Made by a program: the position numbers and the translations under genes. From positions 256,001 through 320,000 of the forward strand of contig CAWJKV010000002.1 in the NCBI GenBank assembly GCA_963843555.1: a stretch of 64,000 bases of DNA, written 5' to 3'. Below the pieces are notes generated by a model, which was given only the letters and a program-made list of their open reading frames with translations, did no database searches and was not told the origin of the DNA. Of this stretch, positions 20,011-29,026 are shown piece after piece. Numbering within the stretch: position 1 is the stretch's first letter; every line of letters begins with the position of its first letter. Source of the DNA: an uncultured Methanosarcinales archaeon. Its GTDB lineage: Archaea > Halobacteriota > Methanosarcinia > Methanotrichales > Methanotrichaceae.

Positions 20011-20820
20011 TCAAGGAAATAATGCCGCTGCGAGAAACGCCACCAGCGCCATAGCCATTCCCTTTTTTATCGCCTTCTGGGACCCGGCCGCATCTCCTCT
20101 CACGACCTTGAAAACGGAGAGCAAAAGGAACAGGTCCGCCACCGCCACTATAACCAGATACGCCCTGCCAAAGGGGGCGAAGAAGCTCAGGGCCACCGCC
20201 ATAAGACCGAATGCCCCGGCCAGGGATGCTGCCGCGCGCTCGCCCGCTATTATGGGCAGCGTCCTGGCTCCGCCCTGGCGGTCGCCCGCCATATCCTCGA
20301 TGTCTTTTGCGATCTCCCGGCTCATGCTGGCCAGAAAGGAGAGCCCGAAGGGAACCAGATTGGCGATGATGCCCGCAGTCCCGGCAGCCGCGCCTCCAAA
20401 AAGGAAGGTCGAGCCGGTCAGGAATGCGACGGAGATATTTCCGGCCAGAGGTGTGGCCTTGAGGTTGCGGGCATAAAAGAACAGGAGAGCAGAGTTGAAG
20501 ACAGCTACGGCGAGGCATATCTCGTTTACAAGCCCCGCCAGGATGCATCCTGCAGCAAATAGTGCCAGGGAATAATAGAAAGCCGTCCGGGGCAGGATGC
20601 GGCCGCTGGGAATGGGCCGCCCGGGTCTATTTATGGCATCGATATCTCGATCATAGTAATCGTTGATGGCGTTTCCCGCTCCCGTGATCAGGAAAACCGC
20701 AAGAAAAATGAGTGCTGTCGCTTCAGGTTTTATGCCCCCGGCGATGGCCAGACCGATGATGGCTGCGACGCCAGCCATAATGCAATTATAAGGGCGCAAA
20801 ATCTCCCAGAATGCCTTCAA
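20011..20820 (-). CDS. Digeranylgeranylglyceryl-phosphate synthase (UbiA family)
   Basis: RPYNC, GNAINDYYDRDIDAINRPGRPIPSG and REIAKDIEDMAGD...TLP; multi-TM. Confidence 0.93.
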   Translation of the reverse strand: MKAFWEILRPYNCIMAGVAAIIGLAIAGGIKPEATALIFLAVFLITGAGNAINDYYDRDIDAINRPGRPIPSGRILPRTAFYYSLALFAAGCILAGLVNEICLAVAVFNSALLFFYARNLKATPLAGNISVAFLTGSTFLFGGAAAGTAGIIANLVPFGLSFLASMSREIAKDIEDMAGDRQGGARTLPIIAGERAAASLAGAFGLMAVALSFFAPFGRAYLVIVAVADLFLLLSVFKVVRGDAAGSQKAIKKGMAMALVAFLAAALFP

Positions 20821-20842
20821 TGCTACAGGTCCCCTGCGGCCT

Positions 20843-21391
20843 CTAACCGGAGATGCCGCGTACCAGATAGAGCAGATAGATCTCAGTTAAGAAGCTATCG
20901 ATATGGCTGTGACGATCGGTATATCTCTGGCTATCAAAATAGCTATCTATTTGGCTTCCGATATCGGTGTCGATATTGCCATCGATATTGCAGTCGAAAT
21001 AGCTAACGACTTGACCATTGATTTTGCCATCGATAAGGCTATCGATATTGCTTTCCATATGGCCATTGACATGGCTATTGATATCGATATAGCTATCGAT
21101 ATGACTCGTCTGGACTTGTGCGGCCGCATCATTCTCATCGAAGGCGGGAGCAATAGAGGCATGGACGAGCTTTATCAGATAAGTGCTGCTGGCAGGAACC
21201 TTCTCTCGATAGATGAGCCCGGAGTTCTGCATCCTGGAGACCAACTTCGAGCACTTGCTGCTGTCGATGCTCAAGAGTCGGCGCAGATCCGATTGAAAGA
21301 CGCCATCCGATCGTGAGGCTATAAGATCCAGTGCTCTCTCCTGCAGAATGGAGATGCCACTTGTCAGTACGTGCTCTGGCTTTTCCGACAT
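20843..21391 (-). CDS. Winged-helix DNA-binding protein with an internal tetrapeptide-repeat tract
   Basis: DGVFQSDLRRLLSIDSSKCSKLVSRMQNSGLIYREK (wHTH), followed by xIDS/xIDG repeats. Confidence 0.75.
   Translation of the reverse strand: MSEKPEHVLTSGISILQERALDLIASRSDGVFQSDLRRLLSIDSSKCSKLVSRMQNSGLIYREKVPASSTYLIKLVHASIAPAFDENDAAAQVQTSHIDSYIDINSHVNGHMESNIDSLIDGKINGQVVSYFDCNIDGNIDTDIGSQIDSYFDSQRYTDRHSHIDSFLTEIYLLYLVRGISG
20895..21105 (-). repeat. Degenerate 12-bp tandem repeat rich in ATCGAT
   Basis: Units such as gctatcgatatg, gccatcgatatt and gctatcgatatt, encoding HIDS/NIDG/QIDS. Confidence 0.7.
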
Positions 21392-21621
21392 TGCGACCAC
21401 GGGACCATTTATTAAAACTTAATTTATTTTGATATACTGTATTGAATTTTCATAGTATAAATCCTTTTTGACATGATACAGCTTTTTGTATTGAAATTAT
21501 TGAAAAACATTCTGAAATAATGTTAAATTTTTCAAACTACCATTTATATTCAAATATTTGATGAGATATTCGACCCCATCCTAACTAGAATGGCTGCTGC
21601 AGCGGGAAAAATCATTAGAAA

Positions 21622-22431
21622 TTATACCGGGAATTGAGCCCGAATCTCCCGGCTTCGCATTATAGGCAGATCCAGTTCCTCAAGAATTCCCACAATCCTC
21701 TTCCGATCTTCTGAGCGCAGCGATTTGCGATCGATATAGGCACAGTTCGCGCCCGATTTGTTGCGGGCATCATCTATGACATCCCGATTTAATCCCGCAA
21801 TCTGGTAGGTGGAGAAGAGATGCCCAAATGCGATTGCCGACCCGAAGATAAGCTCTGTCTGCCTCTGCACATAATGCCCTCCGCCAAAGCCGAGGAACAC
21901 AGGAAGCTCTTCAGGCTGCAGGGCCATGATTGCTCTGGCCACAGCCTCACCCGCTTTTTTATCACTCCATTGCTCTTTTGTGCTGCCGATCTCGGCAAAG
22001 AAGCAGGGCGTTTTCATATCCACCGGACCATGATGGGTGGCTTCGGCAGAGATTATGTAGCCCGGAACGCGCAGGGCCGCAATGTTATGCAGGAAGGATC
22101 TGAGACCAGCAGGCGCGGCCGCGGAAAGCCGGCTGTTGCCGTGGCCCTCCTGCAAAATTCCCGTGAAGTGCCCTCCAAACCAGGGTAAAGCCGCCTTAGA
22201 CTCGTGCCGGCAGGGAAATACGACCATCTCTGGATGCAGACCTAAATCTGTCAGTCGGTTGTCAAGGCCGGAAAGGGTGGACTGTCTCTCATCATGAATC
22301 AGCAGACGAAAGGCACCTCTAGTCCAGTAGCCTTCCTCTTCCTGCCAGGGCTTCAGCTCCAGCAGACGCTCGAAAATATTGAGGCTTGCCGGATCTGCCC
22401 GAGAGCAGACTATGGCAACCTCTCCTAACAA
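21622..22431 (-). CDS. dtdA: D-aminoacyl-tRNA deacylase (archaeal DTD2)
   Basis: DPASLNI, RHES, HFTG, EATHHGP, FAEIGS and GFGGGHY. Confidence 0.93.
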   Translation of the reverse strand: MLGEVAIVCSRADPASLNIFERLLELKPWQEEEGYWTRGAFRLLIHDERQSTLSGLDNRLTDLGLHPEMVVFPCRHESKAALPWFGGHFTGILQEGHGNSRLSAAAPAGLRSFLHNIAALRVPGYIISAEATHHGPVDMKTPCFFAEIGSTKEQWSDKKAGEAVARAIMALQPEELPVFLGFGGGHYVQRQTELIFGSAIAFGHLFSTYQIAGLNRDVIDDARNKSGANCAYIDRKSLRSEDRKRIVGILEELDLPIMRSREIRAQFPV

Positions 22432-22439
22432 GGCAATCT

Positions 22440-23507
22440 TCAGATCTCCTTGCCCACTCCCAGCATCTTCGAAACCATGGGTGCGTAATCTATCTTGGAG
22501 GCCTTGATCTCAGATAAAGGCATGATCACGAGCATGGGCCTCTCCGTGATCAGTCCCAGGGCGGAGAGATTGCGAAGCTCCAGATCCATGCGGCTCTTCA
22601 GCTCCGGATAGCCTGTGGACAGGAATGCGCCAAAAAGTTCGCCGGGCTGCATATAGCTGAAAAGAGGCGCCCCAATCTTGCGGAAAGCCTGGTAGACCTG
22701 ACTGAGGTCTTCGCGATCATGGCCGTGCCTGATTCGCACGTGATAGAACGACATCAGCTCGCAGCAGATCTTCTGCCAGTCGACATAGGCCTCCCGCGTC
22801 AGTAGACCGCTCTGGAAGAATTTGGTCCGCTTCCCTGAAATAGTGGGCCGGGATATGCCTGTCCTCCTGGAGAGCTCGAGGTCCGAGAGCATGGGATACT
22901 TCACAAAGGCATAAAGCGTCAGCTTGTCCTTCTCGGTGAGCCTTGAGTCTTCCGTTAGTGCCGGCTTGGGCGAAATGATCTCTCTGGGGAGATCCCCTCT
23001 GGCAAGATCGAAGAGGCCGTTCACAGCCAGGGCCGCATCAGCTGAGTAGCTGGAGACCTGGAAGGGATAGTGGAAGTAATGTATGTCCTCCACGAAATCG
23101 CTCCGGTAATATTCGTCGATGATAGGATCGAAGTTCACACGGAAGTCTGTCAGGCTTTTCGAGAAGAACGTAGAGACGGAATCGGTGTCTGTGGCAATGT
23201 GTGAGACGCAGTTGGGGTAGTCGATCCAATTCTGGTAGGATGATGACCCCTTCCTCACCTCAAAGGGCGCGGTTGGACTGTATTTTACGAACACTGAGGT
23301 CAGGATTTCGGCGCCTACAGCTTCTCCGGAAGGCACATTCAACAGCTTAATAAGTTTCCAATCCCTAAACTTTCTTTTGCTCTTGAATATCGTTGACCGA
23401 TCAACGCCTATGTTGGAAGCGAGATCTATGTCACTGAACCCCGGATATCTGGCAAGACCGTAAAGAACTAACCTCTCCTTTGATGTCAATTTTAGCTGCA
23501 TTCGCAT
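22440..23507 (-). CDS. Transcriptional regulator with two tandem HTH + effector-domain repeats (Lrp/AsnC-like duplication)
   Basis: LTSKERLVLYGLARYPGFSDIDLASNIGVDRSTI recurs as LTEKDKLTLYAFVKYPMLSDLELSRRTGISRPTI. Confidence 0.8.
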   Translation of the reverse strand: MRMQLKLTSKERLVLYGLARYPGFSDIDLASNIGVDRSTIFKSKRKFRDWKLIKLLNVPSGEAVGAEILTSVFVKYSPTAPFEVRKGSSSYQNWIDYPNCVSHIATDTDSVSTFFSKSLTDFRVNFDPIIDEYYRSDFVEDIHYFHYPFQVSSYSADAALAVNGLFDLARGDLPREIISPKPALTEDSRLTEKDKLTLYAFVKYPMLSDLELSRRTGISRPTISGKRTKFFQSGLLTREAYVDWQKICCELMSFYHVRIRHGHDREDLSQVYQAFRKIGAPLFSYMQPGELFGAFLSTGYPELKSRMDLELRNLSALGLITERPMLVIMPLSEIKASKIDYAPMVSKMLGVGKEI

Positions 23508-23609
23508 AACATATAGATGTCTTAAGTATTTATAGGTTGCCTATTCTTAGATTTCCGAATATATCCGTCCTGCATATACAAGGTATCACATGGCCAATTT
23601 TGCCAGAAT

Positions 23610-24257
23610 TTAATCCGTGAGCCCCTTAGCTGCACTCAGCCCGCCACGGGGTGTCCCGGCAGGAAGCTGAACATACATACTTTTGCATACAGAGAATGGA
23701 AAATCATGCCCGGGAACTACGATATCTGCAAGCGCTATAATTTTCTTCATGCTGGAGACGGCCAGGTCACGATCAACATGCAAAGCTGGCGGAATGTTTT
23801 TCTGGAAGTTGCCAAAAGTAGGGAGGGCATCTCCTGCTATTACTATTATTGGAGGCGTCTTTGCAATTTTTACGGCTTGAGATGTGGAACCAACGACGAC
23901 GGAAAGGCTGTCCAGAGTGTGGCCGGGAGTAGCCATTGCCCAAACGCCCGGGCCAATCTTCTTCCTGTCTTGAGGGGCGAGGGCCAGGACCAGGATCTCT
24001 GCCCGGCTAAAGAGGTGGTTGTTGCCGCAGTGATCGGGATGCGAATGGGTATTCACAACAGAGTCGATCTCCTCCGGCGTCAGACGAAGCCCTGCCAACG
24101 CTTTCAGAATATGCTCCTCCTCTCCCTCCAGTCCGGTATCCACTACGATCTTCCGCGACCCACTGATTATAAGCGTCACCGAAGACCGGGCATCCAGGAT
24201 CCTGCCTGACTCATCCCTCAGGATCGAGCCTGGCTTGAGAAGGAAGACTCCGGGCAT
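23610..24257 (-). CDS. Metallo-beta-lactamase fold hydrolase
   Basis: VDTG, THSHPDHCGN, TPGHT, AGDA and PGHD. Confidence 0.92.
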   Translation of the reverse strand: MPGVFLLKPGSILRDESGRILDARSSVTLIISGSRKIVVDTGLEGEEEHILKALAGLRLTPEEIDSVVNTHSHPDHCGNNHLFSRAEILVLALAPQDRKKIGPGVWAMATPGHTLDSLSVVVGSTSQAVKIAKTPPIIVIAGDALPTFGNFQKNIPPALHVDRDLAVSSMKKIIALADIVVPGHDFPFSVCKSMYVQLPAGTPRGGLSAAKGLTD

Positions 24258-24282
24258 ATGATCCTAACTCACGTGCCTTCAA

Positions 24283-25626
24283 TCATGCAAAGTAGCGCTT
24301 TTGCAGCTTCTCGTTCAGCCTTTCCACCTGCAAAACCGCCGTGCCGATGTACTGGTGCGGATCGAGCAATGCCTCGATCTCCTCTGGCTTGAGATGCTTC
24401 ATGACAGTCTCATTTTCCAAGAGCACATCAGCCAGCTCTAGCCTCTGCTCGAAGGCTGTCATGCTGCTCTGGCGCATTATCTCATGAGCCTGCTGGCGGC
24501 CCACGCCCTTCTTGGCCAGCTCTACCATCACGTTCTCGGCCATATTCAGGCCGTGCAGAAGGGTAAGATTGCGTTCGATGTTATCCGGCCGCAGTCGCAT
24601 GTTGGCCAAGGTGCGCGTGGCCAGGGTGATGAGATGGTCGGTGAAGATGAAGGCTTCAGGGAAGACGATGCGCTCGCAGCTGCTGTTGGTCAGGTCGCGC
24701 TCATCCCAGAGGGGGATGTTCTCAAAGGCAGGAAGCAACTGCGCCCGCACCACGCGGGCCAGGCCACAGATCTGCTCAGATTTGATCGGATTCCTCTTAT
24801 GAGGCATGGTAGAGGAGCCAACCTGTTTTTTGCCGAAACCCTCCTCGACCTCGGCGATCTCCGTGCGCTGCAGAGTTCTCATCACGACGAATATCTTGTC
24901 CAGAGTGGATGCCACGAGCGCCATCCAGCAGACCATCTCAGCATGCCGGTCGCGCTGCACCACCTGATTGGAGACGTCTACTTCAGTGAGCCCAAGGTGG
25001 CGCATGACCCGTGTTTGGATCTCCATGCCGTTCATTCCAAATGCTGCCTGGGTGCCCACAGCGCCGCTCACTTTGCCTACGGCCGCGCGGGGCCGCAGCT
25101 CTAAAAGCCGTTCGATGTGGCGCGCAATCTCCGACGCCCAGATGGCGAATCTCAGGCCGTAGGTGGTGGGCACTGCAATCTGGCCGTGGGTCCTGCCGGC
25201 GCAGACCAGATTCCGATTCTGCATGGCCAGGTCGAGGAGCAGTGCCAGCAAGGCCTTCAGCTTGGGCTCGAGAACGTCCAGAGAGGCCTTAATTTGTAAA
25301 CCCGTCGCCGTATCCAGGATATCGTTGGAGGTCGCACCCAGATGGATCCACTCGCCATATTTGGGGCTCTCCTCAGCCATGGCCAGAACCGTGGCCATCA
25401 TGTCGTGGCCGATCTCGTCCTCGATCTGCTTGGCTCTTTCAGGACGGGTGGTCTCTGCCGCTTTGGCTATTTCTGCAGCAGCGCCCTTGGGGATCATGCC
25501 CAGCTCTTCTTCGGCCAAAGATAAGGCAGCCTCCACCCGGAAGAGACAGCGCAGCCGAAAATCCTCTTCCCAGATAGCCTTCATCTCCTTGGTGCCGTAC
25601 CTGAACTCGATTGGATGAATAGACAT
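24283..25626 (-). CDS. purB: Adenylosuccinate lyase
   Basis: HLGATSNDI, GRTHGQ and GSSTMPHKRNP signature. Start at MSIHPIEFRYG. Confidence 0.97.
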   Translation of the reverse strand: MSIHPIEFRYGTKEMKAIWEEDFRLRCLFRVEAALSLAEEELGMIPKGAAAEIAKAAETTRPERAKQIEDEIGHDMMATVLAMAEESPKYGEWIHLGATSNDILDTATGLQIKASLDVLEPKLKALLALLLDLAMQNRNLVCAGRTHGQIAVPTTYGLRFAIWASEIARHIERLLELRPRAAVGKVSGAVGTQAAFGMNGMEIQTRVMRHLGLTEVDVSNQVVQRDRHAEMVCWMALVASTLDKIFVVMRTLQRTEIAEVEEGFGKKQVGSSTMPHKRNPIKSEQICGLARVVRAQLLPAFENIPLWDERDLTNSSCERIVFPEAFIFTDHLITLATRTLANMRLRPDNIERNLTLLHGLNMAENVMVELAKKGVGRQQAHEIMRQSSMTAFEQRLELADVLLENETVMKHLKPEEIEALLDPHQYIGTAVLQVERLNEKLQKRYFA

Positions 25627-25758
25627 GTTTGAGTGGATGTGCGAGGGGATTGATGGAACTTTTGGTTGAAGGAAGACATGCAGCAGCCACAACCAAGTCC
25701 ATTCACATGAAACTTTTCAGAAAAGAAAGCCGGCAATAATTGTAAGATTATGAAATAA

Positions 25759-26392
25759 TTAATGTAATATCTTCAACACTATATCATTTATTCCAAGCAA
25801 AAATGCACTTAAACTAGGTGACTTTGGATCATTGAGGTCCAAGTAGGGGGAAATTCGCTTAGCCCACTCGAACTTGTCAGCACCTATGCAATCTTCTGGC
25901 TTTCTTCCTAGAGCTTTAGCTAGATTTTCCCACGCGCCAATTATGCTATCAGGAGGTGATTTCGGAATTTTGTTTAAATCTACTTTGGGATAAGCTCTCT
26001 TAATCGCGGAGAGAATCTGCGATGAACCACGATTCAGTTTCTTCAACTGCAATCCTAAATAGAACGCAAGATGGTTTCGAATCAATTTTTCGATAAACAT
26101 CGATTAAGTCTGATTTTAGATCTCTGCAGTTATCATCGTCTGCATCAACTAAAACGACTACGCAGCAGGGAACAGGCAGTTTCCCGAAACCTCTGAGCTT
26201 TGCCGGAAGCTGATCAAGCAAACCTCTATTCCGAGGATTCGGCTTAGAAAAGATATTTTCTGGAAGTTTACCTTTCCCTCTATGAGAATGGATTCTAAAA
26301 TTTATATCCTCCACTAAATTAAATCTGCGTTCCAGGATCTCTCTAACTGCCGGTACATCTGCGCCCCCTTCAACCAGAACTTCCATAAACAT
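25759..26392 (-). CDS. DUF4276-like (TOPRIM-fold) protein, frameshifted near 26008
   Basis: EVLVEGGAD, VVLVDADDD and EETESWFIAD, continuing in another frame as AIKRAYP...WENLA...KFEWAKRISPYL...SPSL. Confidence 0.75.
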
Positions 26393-27618
26393 TAGGGCTT
26401 CCCCTTCCAAAATGATTGCTATACCATAAACTTCCCATTGTGATGCCCTCAGCGTACAATTCCCTAATGCCAGGAATATCTGCGGCTAAAGTCGCCGTAC
26501 TGAAACCATCTTCCCCTTTTTCTAATATCCATACCTCGTCGGGTGTTAGAGCATCTACAAAATACGGAGAATGAGTCGTAACTACAATTTGTGGACCCCC
26601 TCTCTCATTATATGCATATTGCTTCATTATCTACTGCGAGAGGTTCCAGCAATTGGTGATGCAAGCCATTTTCCGGCTCTTCTATGCCAATCAATGGCGC
26701 CGGATCAGGATCTTCAAGCAGCAATAAATAGGCAAACATTTTAAGAGTGCCATCAGACATATCGAGTTGATAAAATGGATCTTCGTAACCGTGTTCATTA
26801 AATTGCAGGAGCAATCTTCCATCTTTCTGCCGCTCATGCGTAATTTTGTATATTCCTGGAATTTTTTTAGATATACTCGCTAAGACTTGAGCAAATCGCT
26901 TCGGGTGTTGCCGCTCTATAAATTGCACATAATTGGCTAAATTGTCTCCTTTGCGATTCAAGTGCTTTTGAGCACCAGTCATAGGCAAGCCGCGCGCAAG
27001 ATCTGGAACAAAATAGGAGAGATACCAACTCTCTAAAAATTGACGAAAAGCTACAATCCGTGGGTGATCTGCTAGATTCCCAAGTGTAGTAATGCCTAAA
27101 CGTTGTCTGTCCTCTAATTTTACCTCAATTTTCTTATTTCCTTCTTCGTTTTCAGTGGCTTCACCAGCCCATGCGAAGCCTTCTCCCCTTGTCATTTCCA
27201 GAAATGAGTATGACTGACCCCTGGATTGACCTTTTCGTCGTTGTCTCAAACGCTCATAGGCTACAAATGGACGCCCATCATTTCCCAAGTCCATGTGCAG
27301 AGAATAACTTATTGGGCGACTGTTCTTCTCTTGCCTGTAATATATTTCAAATTTCATCGGTTCTTTCGTGCCTTTTGTACGAAGACGTTCAAATCCACCA
27401 CGATGAGGCAAATCGCAGGCTTCTTCCACTCCAAATTGTAAACAGTCTCCTATAAAGCCTAGAGCATCCATTAGAGAGGACTTGCCAGAACCATTTGGCC
27501 CAATGAAAGTCATCAAACGTGGCAAAGGTTTGCTTCCTTGATTCTCAAAAGTCCTGCCGATGGACAAATCCTTTAACGCCCTATAGTTCTGAACATGCAT
27601 CCCTTCAATGAGCGCCAT
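26370..27618 (-). CDS. AAA_21/ABC-type ATPase, frameshifted near 26625
   Basis: NYRAL, Walker A GPNGSGKS, signature MSDGT, Walker B/D-loop IEEPENGLH and H-loop TTHSPY. Visibly AT-rich. Confidence 0.88.
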
Positions 27619-27869
27619 TTAACTTCTCCTAGAACTGAACAATTCGGATCTTATCTTATCCTTGTGGACTATCTAATAACTTCTAATAAGGTATATATTT
27701 CGTTTTGCATTCTACACTTGAATTCCAGCTATAACCTGGCTTTGGCCTTGTTGAACTCTCTTGATGACGGCGCACGATCTGTAATTGAAGGACCGGATTT
27801 AAGTCCATTGGCTCTTTTTTCTCTCGCGGTAAGTCAGCTCGGCGATGTTGCCCTCAGGATGGATTCCAT

Positions 27870-28120
27870 CGCGATTCCTCTTTCTGCTGGGCTCTTTCCG
27901 TGCGGATGGCCTCCACAACGACGGCTATCTTTGGAGCTGCTCCCTTTGGGATCGTGCCCAGTCCCTCTTCTGCCTAAGAAAGGGCAACTTCCACCGCACC
28001 GGGAAATCCTCTTCCCAGATGGCCTTCATCTCCTTGGTCCAGTACCGAATTCGATGGGATGAATAGACATGTTTATGAGGATAAAGCAGGGGATTGATGG
28101 AACTTTTTATCTGGAGGAAG
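27870..28120 (-). pseudogene. Diverged copy of the purB 5' end (~first 70 codons) plus upstream region
   Basis: Aligns by eye to ~25415-25680 (e.g. aaatcctcttcccagat(a/g)gccttcatctccttggt...ggatgaatagacatgttt...aggggattgatggaacttt) with indels. Confidence 0.88.
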
Positions 28121-28232
28121 GGACGCCAACCTCTGCCTCGAAAATTCATTTTAATTTTAACTGAATATACCAGGTTCCGGCTTATTTCTTTGAATCAAGG
28201 CAAGCGAGGATTGCGGTAATCAGCCAAAGTTC

Positions 28233-28481
28233 TTACATGAACCGCCAGCAGTCAAATATTCGAGATTCAAAGCTCCAGTAGTTGTTATAAACTCCCTGGT
28301 TTGGATCGAAATTCGAACCCAAAACGATAGCGCCTGTTTCATGAGGGTTTAGGTTCCCGATAAGGCCATGACCGACATGAATTGGTGCCGGATGAGAGGC
28401 ACCAATCATAATTTCATCTTCCGCCGATGCCACCGAGAACAGATACATCGCAAAGATTGATAAAATGATTAATATTTTCAT
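28233..28481 (-). CDS. Small secreted hypothetical protein
   Basis: Signal peptide MKILIILSIFAMYLFSVASA. Confidence 0.55.
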   Translation of the reverse strand: MKILIILSIFAMYLFSVASAEDEIMIGASHPAPIHVGHGLIGNLNPHETGAIVLGSNFDPNQGVYNNYWSFESRIFDCWRFM

Positions 28482-28490
28482 CGTAATCCC

Positions 28491-28613
28491 TCACGTAACC
28501 CTTTCAACTCGCCGGATGAATGATTCATCCTTGAGCCCGGAAATGGCAAGATATAACCACCACGCAAGCAGACCGAATACTGTAGCCAATGAAATTATGA
28601 TGTAAATGTCCAT
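28491..28613 (-). CDS. Small single-TM protein (40 aa)
   Basis: MDIYIIISLATVFGLLAWWLYLAISGLKDESFIRRVERVT*, with a GGTGG RBS. Confidence 0.5.
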   Translation of the reverse strand: MDIYIIISLATVFGLLAWWLYLAISGLKDESFIRRVERVT

Positions 28614-28819
28614 AACCACCCCTGCCATTCGATTTCGGTGATCGTCAGGAATTTTTATATGTGCAACTTGCACGTCTATAAATTAAAGATCTATGGCACA
28701 AAATATGTGTATATAGCACAAAGTGTGAAAAATAAATTTTATCAAATGTTATTGCAAGTAATTTTATAGAGTTAGGATACGCCATTATCCCAGAGTCAAA
28801 TATTTTATTTATTTTATTC

Positions 28820-28849
28820 GAATACCCCGCAGCTTGCATCGGGGTGTTC
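28820..28849. repeat. Isolated GC-rich hairpin in an AT-rich spacer
   Basis: GAATACCCCG-CAGCTTGCAT-CGGGGTGTTC (10-bp stem, 9 Watson-Crick pairs and one G-T). Confidence 0.5.
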
Positions 28850-29026
28850 CGCCGTCGTTTGACATTTGTGTCATACGATACAACCTTCTCAAACCAGCAC
28901 AAAGCCTTTCCTGCAGAGCGAATAGAATCAATAATCTGCGTCAGAGGCTCACGGGTTCAAAGCCAATTATAAAAATATTCTATGACTCTGCATCATTCAT
29001 GAGCCCACATTCCACTCCCGAATTAA

